Shown here: piece after piece, positions 18,536 through 28,071 of the stretch | How positions within the stretch are numbered: position 1 is the stretch's first letter | Layout of the letters: every line of letters starts with the position of its first letter | Assembly (NCBI GenBank): GCA_963790025.1 | Contig: CAWBMP010000002.1 | Coordinates: forward strand, 96,001-160,000 | DNA length: 64,000 nt | Source of the DNA: Nitrospirota bacterium | Lineage (GTDB): Bacteria > Nitrospirota > Thermodesulfovibrionia > Thermodesulfovibrionales > Dissulfurispiraceae | Reading direction: 5' to 3' | Notes under the pieces: model-generated | Told to the model about the DNA's origin: nothing | Databases searched by the model: none | The model's input: only the letters and a program-made list of their open reading frames with translations | Translations under genes and position numbers: made by a program

Positions 18536-19648
18536 TCAGATAAGCATCAGTCCGGCCTTGGATTTATGTTCCAGTTTGATATTCCAAATTACCACAGCGG
18601 ATTTTAGTACTGACAGGCCGTCTTCTGTTAGGAAAAAAATAACTTCACCAGGTTTCAATTCTATATCACTAATAAGACCGACTCCTCCCTCACTCATATC
18701 GATGCAGGTACCCTTATAAATCTTATCCTTCGACTCTCCCTTCTTGCGAAAATCGAGTTGGGTTTGGCATACCTCTCGCTGATGTCTCCTTTGGTCTGTT
18801 CTCTTCTGCGCAAGATTCTTAATCCTGCCCTCAAAGACCTCCACAGCAGGACCCGTCATATATACATGGTTATCTTCAGGCCAATCTACAGCCAGGTCTC
18901 CTCCCGGGAGATGTATCGTGACGTTCCTGTCTGTGAGACCTTTCAGCATTGCAGCCACCGCAGAGGCCGACGCACCTGTTCCGCATGCCAGGGTCTCCCC
19001 TGCTCCCCTCTCCCATACCCTCATCTTCAGTTCCTTCTTATTTAGTACATTAACGAACTCGACATTGGTTTTATTAGGGAAAAGAGGATGACTCTCTATA
19101 TCAGGCCCATAAAAGGACACCGGGAATTCGGTAACGTTTTCATCTATAAAAATTACCGCATGGGGATTTCCCATCGAAACACAGGTAATTTTAAAAACGT
19201 GGTCACTGATTTCCAGAGGGTAATCAATGACAGAAGCAGCAGATCGGAGTGTCACGGGAATCTTTTCAGCTTCCAGTACCGGCTCCCCCATATCAACCTT
19301 TACCAGATTCCCGATACGTTCAGGCCGTATTATGCCGGTGAGAGTTTCAATTTCCAAAACATCCTTAACCGAAAGCTTCCTGTCCCAGATATACCTGGCA
19401 AGGCATCGTATGCCGTTGCCGCACATCTCGACCTCGCTGCCGTCAGCATTGAATATTGCCATTTTAAAATCAGCCATGGCCGAGAAATATAGCACCAGGA
19501 GCTGATCAGCGCCAATGCCGAATCTCCTGTTGCAAAGAAACCGGGCGAGTTCTCCTATATCAAATAGTCCGGAGATATTAAGTTCCCTGCTATCAATGAC
19601 TACAAAGTCATTCCCGGCACCGTGCATTTTACAAAAAGTAAGTTCCAT
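18536..19648 (-). CDS. dapF: Diaminopimelate epimerase with C-terminal PilZ domain
   Basis: 'KMHGAGNDF', 'EMCGNGIRC', 'GNPH', 'ERGAGETLACGTG'; then about 90 aa with RRHQR (RxxxR) and DMSEGG (DxSxxG). Confidence 0.93.
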   Translation of the reverse strand: MELTFCKMHGAGNDFVVIDSRELNISGLFDIGELARFLCNRRFGIGADQLLVLYFSAMADFKMAIFNADGSEVEMCGNGIRCLARYIWDRKLSVKDVLEIETLTGIIRPERIGNLVKVDMGEPVLEAEKIPVTLRSAASVIDYPLEISDHVFKITCVSMGNPHAVIFIDENVTEFPVSFYGPDIESHPLFPNKTNVEFVNVLNKKELKMRVWERGAGETLACGTGASASAVAAMLKGLTDRNVTIHLPGGDLAVDWPEDNHVYMTGPAVEVFEGRIKNLAQKRTDQRRHQREVCQTQLDFRKKGESKDKIYKGTCIDMSEGGVGLISDIELKPGEVIFFLTEDGLSVLKSAVVIWNIKLEHKSKAGLMLI

Positions 19649-19650
19649 GG

Positions 19651-20913
19651 TTAAATCAATTTAGGAATGCTCTCGCCCTTTACAAGGTCGCCGTAAGTCT
19701 CTCTCTTTCTTATTAGCGAACAGGTTTTGCCCTTTACGAGCACCTCCGCCGCCCTTGTGCGGCTGTTATAATTTGAAGACATGGCAAATCCATATGCCCC
19801 TGCACTCATCACAGCGAGATATTCACCCTGCTTGACGCTCTGTATTTCCCTGTTCAATGCCAGAAAATCTGCAGACTCGCATATAGGGCCTACTATATCC
19901 GCAAATATCTTCTCTTTTCTGTTTTTCAGCACGGGCTGTACGTGGTGATATGCACTGTAAATGGAAGGTCTTATGAGATCGTTCATCCCGGCATCAACAA
20001 TAACGAAATCCTTATCATCACCTTTCTTAATATAAAGGGTCTTTGTCACCAGAATGCCTGCATTGCCTACGATTGACCTGCCGGGTTCTAAAATAACAGT
20101 AATTTTTCTTTCTTTAAGCAAAGGCAGAATATTCCTGGCAAGCTGCGATGGATTTGGGGGCGTCTCGTCATAATACGTGATACCCAGTCCGCCGCCGATA
20201 TCAAGATATTCTATATTTATGCCGTGCTTTACCAGTTCATCCATAAGCGACAGTATCTTTTTGAGTGCATCGACAAACGGAGAAACTTTGGTAAGTTGAG
20301 AACCAATATGCTTGTGAATGCCTACGATGGCTATATTTTTCATACCGAGCGCAAGATTGTAGTACTCAAGAGCATTCTCCATAGGTATGCCGAATTTGTG
20401 CTTCCGCAACCCTGTAGAAATATAAGGATGTGTCATCGGGTCTATATCAGGATTGATCCTCAATGCAATCGGCGCTTTCACCTTCATTCTGCCGGCAATT
20501 CTGTCGATTCCCCGCATTTCATCCTCAGATTCTACGTTAAACATTAGAATCTTGCTTTTCAGCGCATAACGAATCTCTTCCTCAGTCTTGCCTACACCGG
20601 CATATACTATCTTATGGGCCGGAATGCCGGCTTTAAGCGCCCTATAAATTTCTCCGCCAGAAACCACATCCGCTCCGCTGCCGTTTTTTTTAAACAGTTT
20701 TAAAAGCGCACCGTTTGAGTTGGCCTTGAGCGCATAACAAATAAGATTTGGGAATCCGCTGAATGCATCTTTATAGGCCTTAAAATGCCGAGTCAGCGTA
20801 TTATAGCTGTAAACGAAAAGGGGTGTGCCGAATTTGGCGGCAATATCCTTTACCGGCACATCTTCAGCATACAACTCTCCGTCTCTATAGTTGAAAAGAT
20901 GCATATAACTCAT
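19651..20913 (-). CDS. lysA: Diaminopimelate decarboxylase
   Basis: 'YALKAN', 'HIGSQ', 'DIGGGLG', 'EPGR', 'GPICES', 'GAYG..MSSNYN'. Confidence 0.97.
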   Translation of the reverse strand: MSYMHLFNYRDGELYAEDVPVKDIAAKFGTPLFVYSYNTLTRHFKAYKDAFSGFPNLICYALKANSNGALLKLFKKNGSGADVVSGGEIYRALKAGIPAHKIVYAGVGKTEEEIRYALKSKILMFNVESEDEMRGIDRIAGRMKVKAPIALRINPDIDPMTHPYISTGLRKHKFGIPMENALEYYNLALGMKNIAIVGIHKHIGSQLTKVSPFVDALKKILSLMDELVKHGINIEYLDIGGGLGITYYDETPPNPSQLARNILPLLKERKITVILEPGRSIVGNAGILVTKTLYIKKGDDKDFVIVDAGMNDLIRPSIYSAYHHVQPVLKNRKEKIFADIVGPICESADFLALNREIQSVKQGEYLAVMSAGAYGFAMSSNYNSRTRAAEVLVKGKTCSLIRKRETYGDLVKGESIPKLI

Positions 20914-21100
20914 CCTACTGGTTTGATTTTAGTATATTTTTTAACATAATGAGCAGGTTAATGTCAAAGGCAACAGGCTATAGGGTATTGTAACCTGGAG
21001 CTTCATTTTGACGTCTTTGGTACTTAAATTGTGCAGAAATAAAACGGAAAACGTGCCCTTTTAAGTTCAAATTAACGGCTTTTCGGGCTATATTTTTGCA

Positions 21101-23740
21101 TTAATGGTTTGTTTTATCCAGCACATCCCTCATTTTATCCAAAAGCTCTCTCGTTGATATAGGCTTTGGAATAAAATGCAACCCTTCTTCAAGTAATTTC
21201 TTGCTCGTCAATATATCACCCGCATGCCCGCTCGTGAATATAATCCTCACATCAGGCTGTATGTTCTGCATCTCTTTATAAGCGTCTTTGCCGCTCTTTC
21301 CTGGCATTATTACATCCATTAGCACAAGATCAATTTGATTGTATTGTTCGCTGAATTTATTCACGGCGTCGATTCCGTCTTCCGCATCTATGACCTTATA
21401 CCCAAATTCCTTAAGCAAGGTTCCCGTCGCCTGTCTTAATGATGCTTCATCCTCAACCAATAGTATTGTCTCTGTCCCCCCTCTCAGGGGAATATTGTCC
21501 ATAGATTTTGCTTTTGCAGCTTCTGTGTCAATTGCCGGCAAATATATACTGAATATTGTGCCTTTGCCCACCTCACTATAAACATTTATATATCCATCGT
21601 GCTGCTTTATTGTCCCATATACCATCGCAAGTCCAAGTCCTGTGCCTTTCCCTACTCCCTTTGTGGTAAAAAAAGGCTCGAAGATCTTTTTCCTTGTCTC
21701 CTCATCTATTCCCGTTCCTGTATCCTCAACTGACAAAAGGGCGTATTTACCCGCTTTTCCATATCCATACTTGTTTATGAAGGTATTATTCATTTCAAAA
21801 GGTCCTGTGCTTATAGTCAACGTGCCACCTTCAGGCATGGAATCCCTTGCGTTTGTTGCAAGGTTCATCAATGCCTGTTCTATCTGCACTGAATCAGCAT
21901 TTATCACCATATCCTCAGTCAAAAGTTTTAAGTTGAGCTTTATGTGCTCGCCTATTACTCTCGACAGGAGTTTTGCAGCAGTGTTAACTATATCATTGAG
22001 ACTTGCCGGTTTTATGTCGAGCACCTGTTTCCGACTGAAAGCCATAAGGTCCCTTATAAGAGTTGTGGCCCTATCTGTAAGGGCGGGTATATGGTCCAGG
22101 TACTCCCTTGCCGGATGGTCTTCTTTTTGTATTTGGATCTGAAGGAGTGAGGTAAATCCTATAATTGCACCGAAAATATTGCTAAGGTCATGAGCAATTC
22201 CTCCCGCAAGCAGGCCGATGGATTCCATCTTTTGTGCCTGCACTAGTTGTGCTTCGAGTTTCATTTGCTCAGTTATGTCCAGAAAAGTCAGCACTGCTCC
22301 AACTATCATGTTATCTTTCAAAATCGGGGTGCTAGTATATGCAACCCGAAATCTTGAGCCATCCTTTCTCCAAAATACTTCATTCCCTATGCTATGAGAT
22401 ACAACCCCTTTCCTATAAGCTGCGTAAATAGGGCACTCATGTTCAGGATATGGACTTCCATCTGCTTTTGTGTGATGCCAGAGTGAATGGCTTTCCCTGC
22501 CTAAAAGTTCCTCAACTGTATAACCAAGCATGCTCGCTGCGGCAGGATTGACAAAAGTATGTTTGCCCTCTAAATCTAATCCAAGAATCCCATCACCTGT
22601 AGAGTTTAGCAAAACTTGATTGTGCTGACTGATTCTTTTGAGTTCCTCCTCTGTATCTTTGCGGTAACTAAGGTGCAAGTTGTAACTGGTGAGCAGTTGG
22701 CCAACCTCATCATGCCGAGTTACGGGGATATTCTGTAATGGCAACCGTTCCTCAGTAATATCCTGAATTAATCTGCTTGCAGTGTATAGAGGGTGTAGCG
22801 CCTGCTTGATAATGAGCCATACTAAAAAAGAGCTGATGAGTGACATTCCAAGGGCGATAGAATATGCCCACTGCTTCATCGAACTAATCGGTGCAAATGC
22901 CATCTCTGTCGGCAGCCCGACTCGAATAAACCAGCCGGGCGTAGGGATATGTTTGGCAGATATGAGTATTCTAACTCCCCTTGAATTGACGGTTATTCCT
23001 GAGCCCTCAAAGCCGGCCTCGACCCGGTCCAACAAGGGGTTAACGCCGTATGCCGGTCTTGGTTCCAAGATCCTTGTTGGATCGCTTCCAGTGATATACA
23101 TGTGATATTTTCGGGACCCTACCAAAAACCTGTCAGGGAAATCCTTATAGGCAGAGCTCTCGATTGTCCCCAAAAGTGTCGGGTCGGACAACAGCGTATA
23201 TCCTGCCAGTACGCCCGTGAGCTGTCCTGACCGAGCCAGAACGGGAACAGCAAAACCGATAATAGGCTTTCTTGAAAATCGACCCAACGCCGGCTTGCCA
23301 ACCGCCGGCTTTCCACTGGCGACCACATCCCTGAAATATTCACGGTCTGACAAAGATCCGCCTGTCCGTCCTGGTACCACGGGGTAGTCTGCAATCACCT
23401 TGCCTTCCTTTGAAAGCACCGTCAGCCCCAGCTGGAACACGGTCAATAACGAAGTCCTGCCATGAAGAAACTCTCTTAATTTGCCAGGGTTTGCTATGAG
23501 TTCCGGGGTGATTAAGGATGCAACAGCAGTCAGCAAACTGAAACGCAGTTTGACCTGTTTCTCGATGCTATCTGCAATATACGATGCTGTTGAGAATTGC
23601 TGTGCTTCTATCTGGGCAGTCATTTCCTGTTGCAATAGCGTTGAAATAAAGAACGTCAGCATCCAGATGCTGCACAAAAACAACAGCAGCACAGTCATGG
23701 TGATTTTAGTCTTCAGACTTAAAGAAGACAACTTACTCAT
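21101..23740 (-). CDS. Hybrid sensor histidine kinase (TM-dCache-TM-HAMP-PAS-HisKA-HATPase-REC)
   Basis: 'SDREYF' Cache, PAS 'FVNPAA..MLGY', 'LAGGIAHDLSN', 'FEPFFTTK..GKGTGLGL', REC 'LMDVIMP'. Confidence 0.93.
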   Translation of the reverse strand: MSKLSSLSLKTKITMTVLLLFLCSIWMLTFFISTLLQQEMTAQIEAQQFSTASYIADSIEKQVKLRFSLLTAVASLITPELIANPGKLREFLHGRTSLLTVFQLGLTVLSKEGKVIADYPVVPGRTGGSLSDREYFRDVVASGKPAVGKPALGRFSRKPIIGFAVPVLARSGQLTGVLAGYTLLSDPTLLGTIESSAYKDFPDRFLVGSRKYHMYITGSDPTRILEPRPAYGVNPLLDRVEAGFEGSGITVNSRGVRILISAKHIPTPGWFIRVGLPTEMAFAPISSMKQWAYSIALGMSLISSFLVWLIIKQALHPLYTASRLIQDITEERLPLQNIPVTRHDEVGQLLTSYNLHLSYRKDTEEELKRISQHNQVLLNSTGDGILGLDLEGKHTFVNPAAASMLGYTVEELLGRESHSLWHHTKADGSPYPEHECPIYAAYRKGVVSHSIGNEVFWRKDGSRFRVAYTSTPILKDNMIVGAVLTFLDITEQMKLEAQLVQAQKMESIGLLAGGIAHDLSNIFGAIIGFTSLLQIQIQKEDHPAREYLDHIPALTDRATTLIRDLMAFSRKQVLDIKPASLNDIVNTAAKLLSRVIGEHIKLNLKLLTEDMVINADSVQIEQALMNLATNARDSMPEGGTLTISTGPFEMNNTFINKYGYGKAGKYALLSVEDTGTGIDEETRKKIFEPFFTTKGVGKGTGLGLAMVYGTIKQHDGYINVYSEVGKGTIFSIYLPAIDTEAAKAKSMDNIPLRGGTETILLVEDEASLRQATGTLLKEFGYKVIDAEDGIDAVNKFSEQYNQIDLVLMDVIMPGKSGKDAYKEMQNIQPDVRIIFTSGHAGDILTSKKLLEEGLHFIPKPISTRELLDKMRDVLDKTNH

Positions 23741-23930
23741 AAAAACCTATGATATTTACCTGCCCAAGCACTTTTTTCAGCATAACATTTCACAGATTCT
23801 CAATTCAAAGGGCCGAGGGAAACCTCGTTTGATTAAAAACCTGTAAGCCAGGACCTTCCGGTGAACTCGACAGTCGAGCTGCGTTTTATTCCGGGGAAAC
23901 AGTTACAGTAAGAGGCTTAGAGGGAGTAGT

Positions 23931-25049
23931 TCATGATACATATTCATATCTGCTTAGAGTCTCCTGATTGATATCAATACCCAAGCCGGACTTCTTAGGT
24001 ATAGAAACAAAACCATTCCTTATTTCGATCGGTTCACTCAGGAGCTCACTGCGGAGAGGGTTTGGGGCTGCATCCAGTTCAACAATAATTCCGCCAGGGA
24101 TTGCTGCAAAAAGATGCAAAGTGGCTGCAAGACCGACTGCATTACCGTAGAAATGTGGAGCCCAAGGCAGTCCCCAAGCTGCCGCCATGTTACAGACTAC
24201 TTTCATTTCAGAAATTCCTGCTGTTTTTGTTACATCGGGTTGTGCAATGTGAAATAATTTATTAGAGAATGCTTTTCTAAATCCGTCCCTGCAATAGACG
24301 TTTTCCCCACCGGCTATGGGGATTGGACTTTTCGCTGTCATGTAGGCCATATCATCTGGCTCCTCACATGAACAAGGTTCTTCAATCCATTCTATGCGGA
24401 AGTCAGATAAGATATCCGCCATTTTCAGAGCCTCTTGTACCTTCCAGCCCATGTTGGCATCTACCATTAAGCGGCACTCATTACCAATTACATCTCTGGT
24501 TTCACGGATATTTCTAACATCTAATTCGTTGCCAAAGCCTACTTTTATTTTAAACGCCTTGATTCCAAGTTCCCTGGCTGCCGCTGCCTGAACTTCCGGG
24601 TTCTTCGGACCAAGACCACTTGCATAAACTGGTGCTTCAGACAAATGTTTGCCTCCAAGCAATTCGTAAACCGGCATATTGCTATACTTGCCAAGTATGT
24701 CCCACAAAGCCATATCCGCACCACTGATAGCCTGCATTATCTGGCCGCGACAGCCAGCTTGCAGACCAATAGTGTTTAAATTGTCGTACATTTTGTGCCA
24801 AAGACGTCCAACCTCCAGAGGATTCTCTCCAATTAAAAGAGGCTTGATTGATTTTTCTATAGTGATCTTTCGCTCATCTAAGGCCCAAAAAGGATGGTTT
24901 ACAAAACTTTCACCCCATCCCTCAAACCCGGCATCGGTCGTGATACGAACCAGACAGCTTTTACGATGGGTCATTACACCAAAGGAAAAGCTGAGAGGCT
25001 CCTTCAAAGGAACTGCAAGGCTTATTGCCTCAACATTAATAATTTTCAT
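23931..25049 (-). CDS. Mandelate racemase/muconate-lactonizing (enolase superfamily) enzyme, likely acid-sugar dehydratase
   Basis: 'DMALWDILGK', KxK 'KIKVG', metal ligands DAN/EEP/GEN, 'QPD...APH' dyad. Confidence 0.88.
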   Translation of the reverse strand: MKIINVEAISLAVPLKEPLSFSFGVMTHRKSCLVRITTDAGFEGWGESFVNHPFWALDERKITIEKSIKPLLIGENPLEVGRLWHKMYDNLNTIGLQAGCRGQIMQAISGADMALWDILGKYSNMPVYELLGGKHLSEAPVYASGLGPKNPEVQAAAARELGIKAFKIKVGFGNELDVRNIRETRDVIGNECRLMVDANMGWKVQEALKMADILSDFRIEWIEEPCSCEEPDDMAYMTAKSPIPIAGGENVYCRDGFRKAFSNKLFHIAQPDVTKTAGISEMKVVCNMAAAWGLPWAPHFYGNAVGLAATLHLFAAIPGGIIVELDAAPNPLRSELLSEPIEIRNGFVSIPKKSGLGIDINQETLSRYEYVS

Positions 25050-25063
25050 ATAAAATGCCCGTA

Positions 25064-26428
25064 TTAGCGGTCATTATTTCTCGAAGTTCCGAGCGGTTGT
25101 AGTGGCCCGGTGATAAATGCAATAGATGCAGCGCCTGTACAAGCTACAAGTGCTATAACGACAAAAGCCATTGTAAAGGAGCCCGTTTCCCTGACGATAA
25201 TTCCGGTGATTATGGGACTAACTATTCCGCCGCCCAGATTACCTGCCGTATTCATTATTCCAGCTATAGAACCTACGGAGTCTTTTGTGGGCGCAATATC
25301 TGTTGGCGTTGCCCAAATGGGCCCAAAGGCAAAACGCATAACGAACGCAGTAAAACAAAGGAGCATTACTGCTATCATAGGGTCTTTAGTCTGTCCGGCA
25401 AAAAATATAAAAATGGCACCGCCGATCATACCTGTGATGATAGGCACCTTTCTGGCAACTGTAAGACTCTTGTTACGACACACCACAGCGTCTGTAAAAC
25501 GTCCACCAATTAGACCTCCGATCAAACCGCAAATGCCGGGCAGCATTCCGTAAATCCCCATTTTTATAATTGAAAAATGTTGCTCTTTAATTAAATATGT
25601 GGGAAGCCAGGTATAGAAGAATGCGTACAGATAAGGATAGCAAAAATATCCTATAGTAAGTCCCCAGACTTGACGATGCTTAAGCAAGGAACCCCACGAC
25701 ACATTGTTGGCAAGCTTATTATCAGAAAGCGGCTGATTAGGAATTTCGGCTTTAGCGGAAATTTCATCACTTTCGATATAGTCCAGTTCTTTCTTTGATA
25801 ACCATTTATGCTTCCGAGGTTCGTTGTAAAGGAACCACCACAAGATAGCCCAGCATATACTTATTACGGCAGTAACGTAAAAGACCTCTCGCCAACCATA
25901 TGCAAATAGGATCCAGGAAGATAATGGCATGCCGATTATAATCCCTCCATCATTGCCCAAGCTATAAAGTGCACTGGCAGTTCCCCGCTCACGCTTCGGA
26001 AACCAGACACGGACGGAGCGAGCAGCTGCAGGGAAATTAGGCGCCTCGCCAGCACCGAGTAATGCTCGAGCAGCCAATATGTTCCTAAAACCACTGGAAA
26101 TGCCGGTCATCAAAGTAGTAATTCCCCACCATATTCCTACTATCGTAAACGTTTTACGTGGTTTCAACTTATCAACAAGAATACCTCCAGGAATGTTGAA
26201 AAGCACATAGGTCCAAAAAAAAGACGAAATTATGATTCCGGCCATCGCCGGATCCAAAAATAAATTTTTAGATATAACAGGCAGCGTGACAGCCATATTG
26301 ACACGATCAATAGACTGAATTGTAATACCAAAAAAAAGCATTATTCCGATAAGCCAGCGATAATTAGGTATTCCATGCTGTTTAGTTTCAAATTCGCCGG
26401 CACAACTTACTCGGTTCTTTTCATTCAT
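25064..26428 (-). CDS. MFS transporter, anion:cation symporter (sugar-acid/DgoT-like) family
   Basis: 'DRVNM', 'GEAPNFP..RSVRVWFPKRERG', 'FFYTWLPTYL'; AGAGGAG RBS before ATG 26428. Confidence 0.88.
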   Translation of the reverse strand: MNEKNRVSCAGEFETKQHGIPNYRWLIGIMLFFGITIQSIDRVNMAVTLPVISKNLFLDPAMAGIIISSFFWTYVLFNIPGGILVDKLKPRKTFTIVGIWWGITTLMTGISSGFRNILAARALLGAGEAPNFPAAARSVRVWFPKRERGTASALYSLGNDGGIIIGMPLSSWILFAYGWREVFYVTAVISICWAILWWFLYNEPRKHKWLSKKELDYIESDEISAKAEIPNQPLSDNKLANNVSWGSLLKHRQVWGLTIGYFCYPYLYAFFYTWLPTYLIKEQHFSIIKMGIYGMLPGICGLIGGLIGGRFTDAVVCRNKSLTVARKVPIITGMIGGAIFIFFAGQTKDPMIAVMLLCFTAFVMRFAFGPIWATPTDIAPTKDSVGSIAGIMNTAGNLGGGIVSPIITGIIVRETGSFTMAFVVIALVACTGAASIAFITGPLQPLGTSRNNDR

Positions 26429-26759
26429 ATCAGCTCCTCTCAAAGAGGTTTCCACTAAAAAAAGAATTTGCAGCAACATCGTTTGTAAGAGGTCATACCA
26501 ATTTATCATGGTATTAACTATATGTCAAATTTTGAACATAGCTATATTGTTATATGGTTATGAGACTTAGGACACAACGCCCACGATATAGAAGTGATGA
26601 TGGATCATAAAAACATGTGATAAAGTTAGGGATAAGAAGAGGGGAAGTTATAAACAAAATGGATTTTTTTAAGGCACACGGCCTCAGACAGCTTGTTACA
26701 AGTATTGAACTGAGGCAGGGATTCAGTCGGCAGATGCGGTAATCCTGGCCGCTTTTGAG

Positions 26760-26789
26760 TTGACAAAAAGCTGATATAAATAGTAAATT
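26760..26789 (+). promoter_or_regulatory. Sigma70-like promoter of the tRNA-Lys/Glu unit
   Basis: TTGACA-N18-TAAATT. Confidence 0.5.
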
Positions 26790-26831
26790 ATGAATTCTGG
26801 TTTCAGTCTTAATAATGTTTTTCTTTGATTA

Positions 26832-26904
26832 GGGCCGCTAGCTCAGTTGGTAGAGCAACGCCCTTTTAAGGCGTGGGTCGTTGGTTCGAATCCAACGCGG
26901 CTCA
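26832..26904 (+). tRNA. tRNA-Lys(TTT)
   Basis: GGGCCGC acceptor stem, ACGCC-CTTTTAA-GGCGT anticodon arm, GGTTCGAATCC. Confidence 0.97.
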
Positions 26905-26948
26905 TAAATCAGGGCTCCTGAAAAAATCGAAGATTTTTCGGGATATGT

Positions 26949-27023
26949 GTCCCCATCGTCTAGCCCGGCCTAGGACATCGCCCTTTCACGGCGGTAACGA
27001 CGGTTCGAATCCGTCTGGGGACG
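26949..27023 (+). tRNA. tRNA-Glu(TTC)
   Basis: GTCCCCA...TCGCC-CTTTCAC-GGCGG...GGTTCGAATCC...TGGGGACG. Confidence 0.97.
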
Positions 27024-27219
27024 CTTTAACATCAAAGGGTTGCTCCAGCAACTTTTTTCTTCGCACCTCTAAAAAGTCTGTCCATGAAACCGGTCTCGCA
27101 TGTCACTTTCCCCTTATGAGTGGATTTGCGTATTTTATTGTTATATAATAGTTTACTTGAATCCCGAATACATTAAACCCAAGTCGAGCTTCTTTGATTC
27201 AAACCGGAGAGGGGGACAT

Positions 27220-27936
27220 ATGGCGAAGCAGGAACTCAGGGCGAAAACAATACAAGAATTGCGTAAAATGGCAAAAACAAAAGGTCTAGTTGCCCGGAGA
27301 GACTGGAAGAAGAAAGATTTCATAAAAGCCCTGTCTTCAAAAAAAGTATCAGGAGGCCAGGTTGCAAAACCGGTTAAGGGAAACCAGGTAAAAAAAACAG
27401 CAGCTAAAAAGCGGGCTGTATCCAAGACAGCAAAAAAGCCGGCAGGTCATACCGCACCTCAGTCGGTTAAGCCGCTTGCAGAATTGGGGCTGCATCCTTT
27501 GCCTGCCGAATACCATGATGACAGGATCGTGTCGATGCCGGTGACTCCCGGACGTTTATATGTATACTGGGAAATACCCGAAAATAAAATTATTGAAAAC
27601 AAAGGTAGTCTTAATATTAAAGCTCTTGATATGAATACTAATTCTTTTTTTTATACGCCTGTTTCCGGGAGAATAGGAGAATCGTTTATCGCTATAAACC
27701 CTGATAGCGACTACTCAATCGAAATAGGCGTTATCAACAGTCAGGGTGAATTTGTGAATATAAGTCAAGTGGGATCAATTTCTGGTATTCCCGAAGTCCA
27801 TACCTGGACGCCGACAGACGGGCCCGCTGAAGATATACCATCCTGCAAACAGCCTGAAACAACCGGACAGGCACCTCAGGGGGCACTGCCCGAAGAGTTT
27901 TTCAAAACACCCGGGTCCATAAACTCGTCATATTAA
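27220..27936 (+). CDS. DUF4912-like protein with Rho-N-like N-terminus and Lys/Ala-rich linker
   Basis: 'KTIQELRKMAK', 'LPAEYHDDRIV.MPV.P..LYVYWEI', ends '...SS'; GGGGGA RBS. Confidence 0.65.
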   Translation: MAKQELRAKTIQELRKMAKTKGLVARRDWKKKDFIKALSSKKVSGGQVAKPVKGNQVKKTAAKKRAVSKTAKKPAGHTAPQSVKPLAELGLHPLPAEYHDDRIVSMPVTPGRLYVYWEIPENKIIENKGSLNIKALDMNTNSFFYTPVSGRIGESFIAINPDSDYSIEIGVINSQGEFVNISQVGSISGIPEVHTWTPTDGPAEDIPSCKQPETTGQAPQGALPEEFFKTPGSINSSY

Positions 27937-27982
27937 ATTCCTATTTTGACATGAAATCAACACAGCCTTTAAAATCAATTGA

Positions 27983-28067
27983 GCGAGAGTGGCGGAACTG
28001 GCAGACGCACCAGACTTAGGATCTGGCGGGGTAACCTATAGGGGTTCAACTCCCCTCTCTCGCACCA
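27983..28067 (+). tRNA. tRNA-Leu(TAG)
   Basis: GCGAGAG...CCAGA-CTTAGGA-TCTGG, variable arm, GGTTCAACTCC, encoded CCA. Confidence 0.97.
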
Positions 28068-28071
28068 TAAT

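Noticed and set aside
20914..21100. Lysine riboswitch upstream of lysA
   Set aside because: No recognisable conserved aptamer motifs or terminator.
26670..26756. Structured ncRNA upstream of the tRNA promoter
   Set aside because: Only short IRs (GCCTCAG/CTGAGGC); no family motif recognised.
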